From: Balanoglossus misakiensis
Lineage: Eukaryota > Animalia > Hemichordata
Length of the DNA: 64,000 bases
Assembly (NCBI GenBank): GCA_040954595.2
Contig: CM082585.2
Location: forward strand, 3,998,902-4,062,901
Direction of reading: 5' to 3'
How positions within the stretch are numbered: position 1 is the first letter of the stretch; each line of letters starts with the position of its first letter. The notes under the pieces were generated by a model. It saw only the letters and a program-made list of their open reading frames with translations. It was not told where the DNA came from and did not search any database. Made by a program: the position numbers and the translations under genes. This document shows, one piece after another, positions 40,019 to 52,300 of the stretch.

Positions 40019-40510
40019 CACATAGAACTGAACTACCTGAACTGTTGTTAATTCACAGAAATATATTTTCACCAACAAAGTTTGATAATCATTTTGACTA
40101 TAAACGATGCCTGTCCAAATTACACAATGCTACTTGATGGTTACTGGTTATGGGTGAGCTTTTACGGTAATCATTATTTAGTTGTGACTTTGAGATTGTT
40201 TTGTTGTTTCACCCTTTTCAATCCATCATGATGCAACTGATGATCACCTACAATGTAGCAGGGTGAACCTGGAGTTGAAAGGTCTTTTACTACACTACTG
40301 TAATAGTGATTTATACAGATACCTGTATTGATATGTAGTTGTTCCGGTTTTAGGGGGGGGGGGCAGTCGAAATTTCTATGTTGTAAGGGGAGGGGGGTTT
40401 CTCAAAATCTGCATGCTTGGCAGGGGGGGGTTTCTCAAAATTTTGGAGTTTCTAGTGTAATTCCTCCGACCCCCCCCCCCCCCAGGCCGTAAATAATGAC
40501 GGCTCCCTTA

Positions 40511-41914
40511 GTCGGCTCCTTACTACAGGAGTTCAAATCCCTTCGCTTGGAGGTCCAGGCGATGAAGCGACAAGTCCAGAGCAGCACAAACGGCAACGCC
40601 GGCCACCTTCACGAGGACACCAAGGGCATTCCGATTCGACAGATTGAGACGGAGCATGACCCGCAGTCCCGCGACGGCATAAGGCCCCCCGGGGAGTCAG
40701 TTGCGGAATGCGCGGGAAGCAATATTTCGAACACGGCAGAGCTTCGCCGGATGATGGCCGCAGACAGTCAATTGCAAGAAGAGTTGCGGGAGTACCAACG
40801 TCAGTATCTACCGGACTTTGTCATGTCTGGGAAGCTACCAAAACCTGGTAAGTCGCAACGCTTTCAAACCAGAAAAGACAACACTACCCGGACAGTGGCA
40901 TGGCCTCACATGGCCGCACAACCGCGACCATTCGGCGCGGGAAAGGAGATTACTTTCGACAACATGACCCTCAACGAATTCGTGGAAGGGTTTACCGCAA
41001 TTTTACTTTCATCGGATATTTCGGACAAGGAAAAACGCTCACGTTTGCAACACCTGAATACACTAATGAGATTCGCTTCATTGTTCCCATGGGATGCGGT
41101 CCTTAAATTTCACGGGGCCTTTCTACAGGACATTGAATACGGCCGCAGAACATGGGACAGCGAGGGCACTGACTTGAAAGAATTGTATTTATACCCTCGC
41201 GCCGCCGAGAAAAAACAGGCCAAGACATCACGCGCACCCAAGAACAATGACGACACCATACAGTACTGTTGGTCCTGGCAGGACAACAACTGCTCCGATA
41301 AGAACTGCAAATACAGCCACATATGCAGCGCATGCTACAAATATCGCAATCAGTCCGCGGATCACCCAAAAGCCAAGTGCCCTTACAACGATGTGGCGTT
41401 TAGGGATGCAAAGAACACGAAGTCAACGTCTGGACAGGTATTATATGTTGATAGGACCTCTGTTAATCGTTCTAGTGTCAGTTCAGTAGCACTTCAGTGC
41501 TCTTTGCCAGTGTATGATAATGAAAAACATCCTTTATTTATGGAGGTTGCAACTCAAACAGATAATGACAGCGATGCTCCGTCGGGATTTTGCGCCCAGA
41601 CTAGCCAGCATCAGCATGACAATAGTATGTCAGACAAATGTAGCAATTTAATCAACAATGTTACACCCAGTACCAAAATATGTGTGAGTCGCACGCAGAC
41701 ACCCAGTAGTAACCAAGGTGATCCCATTTCACATAGTGAGACGGGAATAGCAGGGGACCGCCCCAACATCCAGCTCGTGGAGAATTCAAATCAAGACCCA
41801 CAACCATTGCGCCCCAATGCCCCTGCGTTTATTCCAGGCGTTAAAAAAAATGACGCCCTCGCTTCGCCCGACAGACCAGGCAGACAGCCCGAACATTCAC
41901 GACCTGGTTTGTAA
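40511..41914 (+). CDS. Ngaro gag (remainder) with a Cys/His zinc finger
   Basis: Coiled coil; FDNMTLNEFVEGF; RLQHL..LM.FA..FPWDAVLKFH.AFL..IE.G..TW; CWSWQ...C...CKYSHICSAC..H...KC. Confidence 0.85.
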   Translation, partial: VGSLLQEFKSLRLEVQAMKRQVQSSTNGNAGHLHEDTKGIPIRQIETEHDPQSRDGIRPPGESVAECAGSNISNTAELRRMMAADSQLQEELREYQRQYLPDFVMSGKLPKPGKSQRFQTRKDNTTRTVAWPHMAAQPRPFGAGKEITFDNMTLNEFVEGFTAILLSSDISDKEKRSRLQHLNTLMRFASLFPWDAVLKFHGAFLQDIEYGRRTWDSEGTDLKELYLYPRAAEKKQAKTSRAPKNNDDTIQYCWSWQDNNCSDKNCKYSHICSACYKYRNQSADHPKAKCPYNDVAFRDAKNTKSTSGQVLYVDRTSVNRSSVSSVALQCSLPVYDNEKHPLFMEVATQTDNDSDAPSGFCAQTSQHQHDNSMSDKCSNLINNVTPSTKICVSRTQTPSSNQGDPISHSETGIAGDRPNIQLVENSNQDPQPLRPNAPAFIPGVKKNDALASPDRPGRQPEHSRPGL

Positions 41915-43547
41915 TTCGGGCACTCCAAATTATAGAGGCCTACGCATACCAGTGAAATCAAATTTGAATATCCCCATTTGGAGGTTGAAGCTCCAAGCGT
42001 ACAATGATTACGAAATATGCGAATTTTTAGAATATGGCTGGCCAATAAATTATTACGCAACAACATTTCCCGACGCTGTCAGCAAGAATCATAGTTCAGC
42101 CGACGCATTCAGCGAGCATGTAGATCAGTACTTGAACAAAGAGATCAATTACGGTGCCACCGTAGGGCCATTTGATAAAAATCCTTTCGAATGCGCGCTC
42201 ATGATTTCTGCGTTACAAACGGTGCCTAAATCAGGCACATCTGACAGGCGGATTGTGTTAGACCTCAGCTACCCCAGCGGAAATTCAGTAAATGACGGTA
42301 TTCCCCGCGACAGTTACTTGGACGGTCCATTTACTGTCACATACCCCGGCATCGACGCGTTTTCCGACATTATACGCTCAAAGGGGAGGGGTTGTCTCAT
42401 GTTCAAACGCGATTTGAAACGCGCCTACAGGCAAATTCCGGTAGATCCCAAAGATTATCATTTCTTAGGATACACTTGGAAAGGTCAGACTTATTTTGAT
42501 ACAATGATGCCCTTCGGCCTGCGTACCGCATCAATCGCGTGCCAAAGAACCACAAACGCTGTCACGTACATGTTCAGTCAGCTAGGGGGCACCTGCGTCA
42601 ATTACCTGGACGACTTTGGGGGAGCCGACAGCCCCGACATGGCCGACAGCAGTTTCACTAGTCTCGGCGCGTTACTCCAAGAGGTGGGATTACAGGAGTC
42701 TATAGAAAAAGCATGTTCCCCATCACCCACCATGATTTTTTGGGGCAGATTGTTCAACTCCTTAGACATGTCTATCAGCATCCCAGAGTCCAAGATTAAA
42801 GAGCCCGAACCATTACTGACATCATGGCTTTCCAAAAAGAGGGCCACAAAGCGTCAACTACAGTCCTTACTAGGTAAACTCGCCTTCTTTGCAGGCTGCG
42901 TCCGCCCTGGCAGGGTTTTCGTGTCGCGTTTGTTGTCAGTCCTTCGCCAACTGAGACGCAATTACTATCGCTTCCATGTAAATAGCGAACTGAAGAAGGA
43001 TATTTCATGGTGGTTAAGTTATTTTAGGACGTATAACGGGGTTTCCCTAATCCCTCAACACATGTGGTCCCCACCTGATGCGCTCATTACCACAGATGCA
43101 TGTTTGACCGGCGCCGGCGGCACCTACGGCGATCATTTCTTTCACTGCAATTTCTCAAATTTCGTCCCGGATGAACAACTCCACATCAGCGCCCTTGAAA
43201 TGTTGGCAGTCGTAGTCGCTTGCAAGGCTTGGGCAAAGAAACTTGACGGGCAGCGCATTACACTATATTGCGACAACGAGGCTACAGTTAGTGTCATAAA
43301 TGCCGGCAAGAGCAGGGATCGCCACATGTTACAGTACGCACGCGAATTGTGGTATATTGCGGCTAACCACAATTTCGAGGTTAGAGCTCGTCACCTACCA
43401 GGAACAGAGAACAGAATAGCTGACTGCCTCAGCAGGTGGTCACTCTCCAACTCGTTCAGACTTTCCTTCGACGCATTAACATCAGACAGATCGATGGTAC
43501 AAACTGAAATCCCCATCGACTTGTTCAACATGTCTCACATTTGGTAA
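41817..43547 (+). CDS. Ngaro reverse transcriptase / RNase H
   Basis: RRIVLDLSYP, KRDLKRAYRQIPV, MPFGLR, YLDDF; RNase H TDAC, HISALEMLAV, CDNEATV, HLPGTENRIADCLSR. Confidence 0.95.
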   Translation: MPLRLFQALKKMTPSLRPTDQADSPNIHDLVCNSGTPNYRGLRIPVKSNLNIPIWRLKLQAYNDYEICEFLEYGWPINYYATTFPDAVSKNHSSADAFSEHVDQYLNKEINYGATVGPFDKNPFECALMISALQTVPKSGTSDRRIVLDLSYPSGNSVNDGIPRDSYLDGPFTVTYPGIDAFSDIIRSKGRGCLMFKRDLKRAYRQIPVDPKDYHFLGYTWKGQTYFDTMMPFGLRTASIACQRTTNAVTYMFSQLGGTCVNYLDDFGGADSPDMADSSFTSLGALLQEVGLQESIEKACSPSPTMIFWGRLFNSLDMSISIPESKIKEPEPLLTSWLSKKRATKRQLQSLLGKLAFFAGCVRPGRVFVSRLLSVLRQLRRNYYRFHVNSELKKDISWWLSYFRTYNGVSLIPQHMWSPPDALITTDACLTGAGGTYGDHFFHCNFSNFVPDEQLHISALEMLAVVVACKAWAKKLDGQRITLYCDNEATVSVINAGKSRDRHMLQYARELWYIAANHNFEVRARHLPGTENRIADCLSRWSLSNSFRLSFDALTSDRSMVQTEIPIDLFNMSHIW

Positions 43548-44544
43548 TGTCTCTTGCAGGGCGAAAAAAAGACGGAAGACTGAGTTTGTTTACGAAAACC
43601 GTCCGCACGATGAGGCTGGCGTATGCGGATGGTACTTTGCAAAACTTCACTTCTGTTTGGAAGTCTTACCTGTCTTTTTGTGTAGTTTATGGTTACCGAC
43701 CAATACCGGCTCGGCCCATTACCCTTTGTATGTTTGTTCAATTTCTGTCAAATTCCACAGTTAACGTTGCTACTTTAGATAATTATCTCAACGCAGTTCG
43801 CGTCTTGCACGAGTGCAATGGTTTTCCTGGGGACATCGTACACCATTTCATGGTTAAATTGGTTTTAAAGGGTTTGCGCCGCCAACACAGATACGCAAGC
43901 GCAAACTAGCAATAACACCTCCCATTTTGCTTGATATTTACAAGCACCTCAGCATGCACAAAGCCCTAGACGTCACCCTGTGGGCAGCGTTTTTAACAGC
44001 TTTTCACTTATTCTTGCGCAAATCAAATTTAGTCCCACCATCTCTTGGCAAGTTTAATACGCAAGTCCACCTAGCCCGTCAAAACTTCCGGTTTGTTGAC
44101 GGAAAGGTCATCGTAGCCCTGACCTGGTCTAAAACCAACCAGTTTCAGGAACGCATACACTCAGTCCCCATTTTACCGCTGCCAGGTTCCCCTCTATGTC
44201 TGGTGAGCGCATTGCAGCTCATGTTCTCACTGGTACCGGCCCCTCCCACGGCCCCTGCATTCGTTATACCAGCGCATAGCACCCTAGCATCACTGACATA
44301 TCGTACATTCACTGCTCATTTGCGTCGGCTGTTCACTTTGGTCGGGTTACCTGCGCAAAACTACTCCGGCCATAGCTTCAGACGAGGCGGGGCCACAGCG
44401 GCCTTCACGGCCAACGCATCAGGGGACCTAATCCAACTTCATGGCGATTGGAAATCACAAGCCTATCAAGCATACCTTGAAGTTCCCTTCTCTAAGCGTA
44501 TTGAAGTGTCCCGCCGCCTCAACACATATTTGAGCACATTTTAA
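43541..44544 (+). pseudogene. Ngaro tyrosine recombinase, frameshifted near 43890
   Basis: Two adjacent ORFs (43541-43909, 43927-44544); catalytic motifs FLRKSNL, SKTNQF, HSFRRGGAT, HGDWKSQAYQAY. Confidence 0.9.
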
Positions 44545-46462
44545 TAACTTTCGCTCTTCATTCACCTTTACACTTGTAATGAACATTTTCTCAGCGCCGG
44601 AATAATGTATTTCATTCAGACCTGGAATAATGTTTTCACAGAGTGGGTAGGCCTATGTTTTTCACGGAATTCGAACGATGTTTTACAACAGAGTTGGAAT
44701 AATATTCGAGTGTTGCCTTGTTCTTTAGTCATTATTGAAAAGCACAGTCCTCCATTGTCCTTTCGGAGGCAGTTTACATGTATCACTGTTTTTAGTTACT
44801 ATTGTACATTTAAAGTTACATTTAGGAGTTCTTCACTTCCATCCATTTTCAGTCGGGTTCCTACAACCATGCGTGTTGCAGCTTGGCGGTCCGCTTGGCC
44901 CTTTTTAAGCAGGTGCATCATTAAATGGGGCACCTTGCCTCGGACCGCCAATCTGTGTCGTGTGTTTCTTCATTCAGTAAGCAAGCATTATATGGTAATT
45001 GTGGCCCTTTTGGGGGGACCCTCAGGTATTGGGGGGACCCTCTAAGGGCATAATTGGCATTGCGGGGGGCCTAGGGAGTCCACAGCTAGTATTCGGAGTG
45101 GAACGGTCAAGTCTCACATCGTCTTCATCATCCCACCCTCCCGTCCCCCCGGCGGTTCGCCCTGAGTTCCCAAAGCACAGCAGGTTTCACTACTCTTCAA
45201 ATTCATAGTGCGTCATTTTACTGCGTCTCGAGCCACCTTTCAGTGTAGTCAATGTAGTTTCGTACAGTCAAAAGTGTATTTTTCTAAGCCGACATGTAAG
45301 CTGTACTTTGTTTGAGTAATGTTAGCAGTTCAAGTTTCCACAGTTCACCGTCACAGACGACGTTTCCGTCTGGACCAACGTTATTTCATTAAAGTTGTGA
45401 CTGGCCCTTTTTAAGCAGGTGCATCATTAAATGGGGCACCTTGCCTCGGACCGCCAATCTGTGTCGTGTGTTTCTTCATTCAGTAAGCAAGCATTATATG
45501 GTAATTAAATATAACATGTCAGTAAACTATTGTTTATTGAATTGAAAAACGGCGCATTTTTCATCCGAGACTCTACAAACAACCCCTGCATGTTTTTCCG
45601 TAATGTCTGTACTGTTAATAATGTATTGTCTCTTATTTGCCAGTCAACTATGGGTCCTGGTTCAATCACGTTCTCCCATAGTGGGAACACAGGCATGATC
45701 GCAATGTTTTATTTGTTAAATATGAAGATATGAAAAGGGTAAGTTATTATGGAGGACAAATCAAACATACACCTAGAGATATAGAAACAGGCACTGCATC
45801 TCAAACATATACTGTCTTTGCTAGTACTTGGATTTCAATCGACACTTTGTAAATTTGATTCGGCTACTCAGCTGGACGTTTGTTCTAAACCCGCTGACAG
45901 TTCAGCATACCAAGCGACATCTCCACAAATTGTGTGGAGTCAAAGAGAAGTACGTTTGTTTTCAAGTTTGCTATGGGACTGTTCCGATTGTTGGATTCCA
46001 CTTAACTAACTGAAGTAGTTTTCAGTCAGATTTATTCACGCCCATATTTAGTGTTTCTATGACTGTCCAAGTTTTCTTAACTTATGTTTTTAATACAGGA
46101 TCTTAGGAGCCAGATGATTCGCATTGCCGATTTCTATGGTCGGCCCCTCCCCGCTGACAAGATCGATGAATGTGTTTAACACTGCACCTTTGATAAAATG
46201 AAGAAGAACCCAATGACAAATTATTGTAATGCCCCCTTCATCAACCACAAGAAAGGATCATTTCATAGAAAAGGTAGGGAAACACTCACCCACTCTAATT
46301 TAAATAGATCCATCCACCCACCCACCTACCCATCCAACCATCCATCCATCCATCCATCCATCCATCTAGCTTATTGTCTTCTTATTTAAACGTATTTGAA
46401 ACATCACCGTATAAAAACCCTTTAATGTGTATATCAATCAGTGTGTGCCATAGTCCAATTAA

Positions 46463-46615
<153 letters not shown>

Positions 46616-46792
46616 TGAACTGATCTATATTTTTGAGGTCTTACGCATTTTGTTTTTGAATTATGACAAGATGCATATGCTTCAGATGTAAGATTCAGGA
46701 TTTCCCATCAATGTTGTATTGTATTGCAAACTCACATGGTTATCTAGTCCGATATGTTGACGGTTGAGTTGATAGGAACTATGTATTCAGAA

Positions 46793-48595
46793 ATAATATA
46801 ATAATAATAATGATAATAATAATAATAATAATAATAGTAATAAGTTTATTTCCCTTATTCTGATACAAATAAACAAAATTAACAAAGGAATGAAGAATAC
46901 AATAGGTATAAGATGGGAGGGGACTAGAAAATAGTTACACTAGTCGAGTCCAGTCCCCCATACAACATACAATTGCAGAATTTAATACAGGGCGATACTA
47001 ATGCGAGTTTGTACATGAAAAACCAAATTCAGTTTGTTTTCCTTTTGAAAATGCAGCAGTCAAATGGATAAATAATACCTTTTCAATTCTTTTTTAAAGC
47101 ATGACTTTGATGAGACAGATTTGATATGTTGCGGAAGTTGATTCCATATTTGAGCACCATAATATTTCACTGTATGTTGACCCACATTTGTGGCGTATTT
47201 TGGAACCAGAAGATTCCCTTTTTCTTTTGACCTTGTTGGATAAATGTGTTCAATATTAACGAAGTACTGTGGAATTGTTAGTGGGAAGTTTTCATGAATA
47301 CAATCGTAAACAAATAGTGCTACTTGATACTCATGTTGCCTATATATATCAATTATTCCCAACCTATTAAATAATGGAGGTGTGTGTTCGAGTCTCTCTG
47401 AGTGTGTGAGTGTACGTATTACCGTTTTTGAGTAAGATGAATTGGCTTCAAATGGGATTTATAAGCATTTCCCCAAACTTCTAAAGCATACAATATATGA
47501 GGCAAGATGAAACAGTTGTAAAGTAATAACAAGGTAGTTTTGGGAACAATGTATTTCATGGTATAAAGTATGCCTGCCTTTTGGCTAACAGTTCTATTGA
47601 TTTTAGCTATATGTTCTTTCCAGGTAAGCCTATTATCTAGGACACTCCCAATGTACGTTGTGGATTGTACTTCACAAATAAGCTCTCCCTTTATGTAAAG
47701 TGATCCCCTGGAAATGACTGGAGTATTTTTACCCCGAAAAAATATATATTCAGTCTTCTTAGTATTTATAGTCAATTTGTTGGTGTTACACCAGTCAACA
47801 ATGTAATTCAATTGACCATTTACTTGTTCCAGGTCAATAATAGCATGAGAGTCAAAAGAGTGAAACAAACTTGTATCATCTGCAAATAAACGTGTATCAA
47901 AGAAGTTTGTTGAATTTGCAATATCATTTACATAGATCAAAAACAATGAAGGACCTAAAACCGACCCCTGAGGAACACCACATGTTATTGGTACATGTAG
48001 GTTCGTAGACTCTATGCCATTTGCTGTAGTATACTGTTTTCTATTACATAAATAGTTTCCAAAAAGGTCCAAAGTAATTCCCCGAATTCCATATGCATGT
48101 AGTTTACTGATTAAAATGTCATGGTTTACTGTATCAAAGGCTTTTTTTAAATCTAGGAATATCCCAATAACAGTGTTCCAAGAGTCGATTTCTTCGGATA
48201 TTTTTTGGACTAGATCTACAATAGCAAGTGTTGTGCTATACTTCTCTCGAAACCCATACTGATGACAGTACAATAAATCAAAATTATTTAAATAACAAAC
48301 TAATTGCCTGTTAATTATTTTTCAAAAACTTTACTAATCTGCGGCAACACAGAAACTGGTCTATAATTTCCTGGGTCAGACGTTTCACCTTTTTTAAAGA
48401 CTTGAGTTACCTTTTCAATTTTCAACTCATCTGGGAAGACTCCAGTGGAAAGTGTTAAATTAATTAAGTATGTCAGTGGTTTTGAGATGTAATCTTTAGC
48501 ATAGAGAATAAGTTTTGGGCTAATTTGATCAATCCCCACAGCTTTATTTTTATCCAAACTATTTAAAATATCTAAAACTTCCTCATTAGTTACAC
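46793..48595 (-). mobile_element. 5'-truncated, decayed CR1/L2-group LINE with a (TTA)n tail
   Basis: NYRPVSVLP, QYGFR, FLDLKKAFDTVNH, GVPQGSVLGP, FADDT, YYGAQIWNQLP; stops and frameshifts; (TAA)n at 46793-46841 on the plus strand. Confidence 0.92.
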
Positions 48596-49311
48596 CACGT
48601 CCTTATTGCTGTCCTTAATGGCTGAGTTACGTCATTTCTGGCGTAGGCTAATTTTTGAAATGTCCGTAATGATTAATTTTTAGCGGATGTGGCTTGCATA
48701 TTAATAAAGTTGTCAAAGATAATATTTTTTTTAGATAATATAGTCTATTCAAATTACCCTAGCGGACAGATTTTCCAGAAAATAATGACATCCTTCCTCT
48801 GGCCTGACACCATAAAACTGTCGATTCAAAGGAGAAGATTTGCCTATGTTAGTCGTATACCCTATTTGCGTACATGATAAAAAGGAGGGGGGGGGGGGGC
48901 TCAGCGGAATTCTGACTAGCTATCGCGAGCCATGTCTTAGTATGACAGAACCCCTGAGTATTTGAATGAGTGACTGGCGGTGTCTTCTTGAGCCAGTCCC
49001 CTGCACTCGCTGTCGCTTGTGCAGGGGACAGCAAGAATACACCGCCAGCACGCGTGCAAATACTCCCGGTACGCCGTGCTTGCACGATCGAGCCATGGGG
49101 TTCTGTTATTATTACATATGTTAATCCCATTTAAAAAAAGGACTGAAAACGAAAGAAATGAGACCGCGGAATGATTTTGCTTGTTTCGTGAACAGGCCAG
49201 ACTACGATTACGTCATCAAATTCAACAAATGCGCACAGGCTCAATACAATAAAAAAATATCAAAAGTTCTTGTTCTTGTGTGGTCAGTCTCCATCCTTTG
49301 AGGAAAATATC

Positions 49312-52300
49312 TCAACACTTCTGAGAGAGTTTCATGGTTACCTGTAATAAACGTGCAAACATAGAGTCATATAAACCTGAAGTAAATAAAGTACTGGAAA
49401 AGAATATCTGTTTTTGTGTGGCAGTCATATTCAACACAACTGTGACTCTTTAATATTTGTTGGGAATAATTGAACACTTTAACACCAACCGGGTCAACAC
49501 AATTTCCTTGAAATTTTTAGAGTAGAATTTGACCTTTTAGCACACAGATTTTTAATTTCATTCACAATTTTGCACGGCGATCAACCCCCATTTTTATTCT
49601 GATTTTTATGAGAGAATAGTGTGAAGTAAATTGCCTGTGAATGTTATTAAGAAGGTTAAACATTTTGTGTACTTACTGTCTTTACTTCGGTATACTCCTG
49701 CAAAGCATATTCCCCACTGCAAAATAAATGCATATCAACATGTTATTTTTCGAGTATAATCCTTCCCTTTCAAAAATACACATAATCTGCACAGCAAGTT
49801 GTAAAGTGACTATGCTATTACCTCGGAAAAAATCGGCTATTTTTGTTGTCAGAAACACGTCAACATTATCAACACTTGCAGCCCTTTGCAAAATTACACA
49901 AGCATTATCATGGAACTGAACACTGATATTGACTTGCCTTGAGGGTAACAGTATATGCCTGTTTCCCTCGACCTTCGGCTTCGGGAAACAGACTGTTTTG
50001 CTGTTACCCGAACATGGCCAGTCTATATGTGTTTTACAAAACACCTCAACCGACAGTAGCGCAAATCGGCAACTTTCTCCACTGTCATAATCATGTTGGT
50101 CATGCACATTGCCAAATGAAAATATAGATTACGGACGAGGTGTGTGTGTTATAACACATCTACTGTTGTTGACAAAGAAATATACGTATACGCACTGGAA
50201 TTTACCTAAATTTACACTAACAATACTAGCCACACACATACGCATACAGACTTTATGTTTAGTTTATCTCCATACATTTCTAAGGTTTGATTAAAGCGCC
50301 TAGCTCGTCTCACACGCATGTTCCAACTGTAGCCGCTAGATACAGACGTTTAGTGAACAGTCAATCCCAAAATCCTAACAACAGACAAGATAGCGGCGAC
50401 CATAATCTGTGTCGGAGATCGTGAAAAGACACCAGTTTGGGTGAAAAGGAGGGACAAAACCAGAATCTACTTATACAGTGCGCATGAAATATGGAAGGAA
50501 GCGAAGGTAGTCCACTATTTGAATGCATCGCATGCGCGTGAGACGATCTATTGCCTTTAAATGTAAAACTGCATGGGAACTGACTTGCTATTTAGCCTCA
50601 GAGCATTTAGATTTTCTATTATTGTCCTATTAAAGAGTCCGAACTTCTCAGTGGACATGTCTTTCACCTGAAAACCACATGAAGCTTTCTGGCAAATCAT
50701 GATAAAGTTGATCTAGCAATTCTTGTAACAACAACACTTATCTGGGGCCGTTGACCATAACCCCCACCCGAACACAAACACCCCCCCCCCTATGGAAGCA
50801 CTACCCGTCCCCTCACGTCAGCATGTCAGTGTGAGCATTCTGTGCTACTTACGACTCTCTCCCGTTGCCAGACATCTTATAACCCCCAAAAGGACAACCG
50901 GGTCCAAAAACATTGTAGGTGTTCACCCTTAAAAGAAATCAAAACATATAATCAATACAATTATACAGCTATCAGTTTTGAGTCATATAGAATTAATGGA
51001 CGACGCCCTGACCATTAATGTTTGTTTATAGGCGAGGGGAAAGCCAAAAATTCTTTCGAGCCCATGAATTATGGCCTTCCTCGAGCCCTTGTCCAAAAAC
51101 AAACGTTAATGGTCAGAGCGGAGTCGGTTGTTTCCATTATATAACCAACGAACTCAAGAAAACCGTCAAAATTTACGAAAATGTCCCACGCAAAAGACTA
51201 GGGGCACCGGAACTTGTGTTACGCAAAATGTTGTATTCACTGAACCGTTAGTTAATATTATTACTGAGTATTTGTGGTCAGTGACGTCGTTCATCTCGAC
51301 CAATTAAAATGCGACGCACAGGCCATGGTAATATAATGTAGAGTACTTGACATTTGCTAGCCCTTTGCATTGCCAACCCATTCAGTGTTGAATTCCTTTA
51401 CTAAAACCTTCATAACAACCCTGTTCAATATTTCTGATGAATTTCGGTAGCGAAACAAACACAACTGTGCACAGATTTAGAGATCAAACAGACAGTACAC
51501 TGTTGAGTTGTGGGGATCATCCATGATGGGGGGAATAATGTCGGATTGACACAATACAGCACACCAGAACTTTTCTTTCACACAATGGCAGGAGCAGAGA
51601 GTAACATTCGGGCTCTACAGTACAAACTGTACCTCTTGAGGGCGCTTGTCATATTCATCAGTGCTATCCAATTCAATGGTTACATAAATGCATGTGCATT
51701 TGTATTACAATGAGATCACAATGAATACCGGTATGTATTCTAACATACGTGCAACTTAGAATTGGACTACTTAAAGCATAAGTCTGGCCACAAAGTCTAA
51801 GGTTGTACATGTATATGGTAAGCCTGTCCGAACCGTCTTGCAAGAAGTTTCAGGCTCATGAATAATAAAGCATTAAAGGGACAAAGTCTCTCTCTCGCTG
51901 CCCTTTCCCATTAATTATGTTTGATACAAGACCCCGTTTATGTTAATTTACATGTGGATATATAATGAATCAACATTCAGCCACACACAACGTCCATCCT
52001 ACTTGTAGACACGAGAGTGAAAACACTCGCCAAAATAAACAATCGGTCTTTACCATTTATTCATTTTGGGCGAGTTTTTACTCTCATATCATACAAGCTG
52101 GATGGAAAATGTGTGTGGTAGAACGCTGATTCATTATATATCCACATGTACATTAACATAAAAGGTGTCTTGCACCAAACATAATTAATGGAAACATGGC
52201 AGAGAGAGAGAGAGACTTTGTCTTTTAACGATTTCAACTGGTATTCATATAGTTTGACCCCATTGAAGTCTGACACAAACTCACCACACAGTTCCTGCCT

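Larger units (their letters stand above)
33441..40507. mobile_element. 7067 bp autonomous-looking Zator-like DNA transposon with two genes
   Basis: TIRs GGGAGCCGTCATTATTTA(T/C)GGCCT(G13-14)TCGGAGGAAT at 33441-33487 and 40460-40507; TTA TSD at 33438-33440 and 40508-40510; GG termini and TWA TSD match Zator. Confidence 0.88.
33116..45506 (+). mobile_element. Ngaro-type (DIRS order) tyrosine-recombinase retrotransposon with split direct repeats
   Basis: A1 33116-33231, B1 44896-45000, A2 44996-45131, B2 45402-45506; gag, RT/RNase H and YR ORFs in that order; TAATT at both ends and at the B1/A2 junction. Confidence 0.93.

Noticed and set aside
33441-40507. PIF/Harbinger or Kolobok assignment for the nested element
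   Set aside because: The TSD is TTA rather than TTAA, there are no Harbinger transposase motifs or Myb/SANT ORF, and the catalytic motifs fit Zator better
41841-41852. A-run as a programmed -1 frameshift between gag and RT
   Set aside because: The RT ORF is in the +1 frame relative to gag, so -1 slippage would not join them; overlapping ORFs are normal in DIRS-order elements
44605-45208. ORFs downstream of the tyrosine recombinase as a possible fourth Ngaro ORF
   Set aside because: No SGNH hydrolase or methyltransferase motifs, and they overlap the terminal repeats
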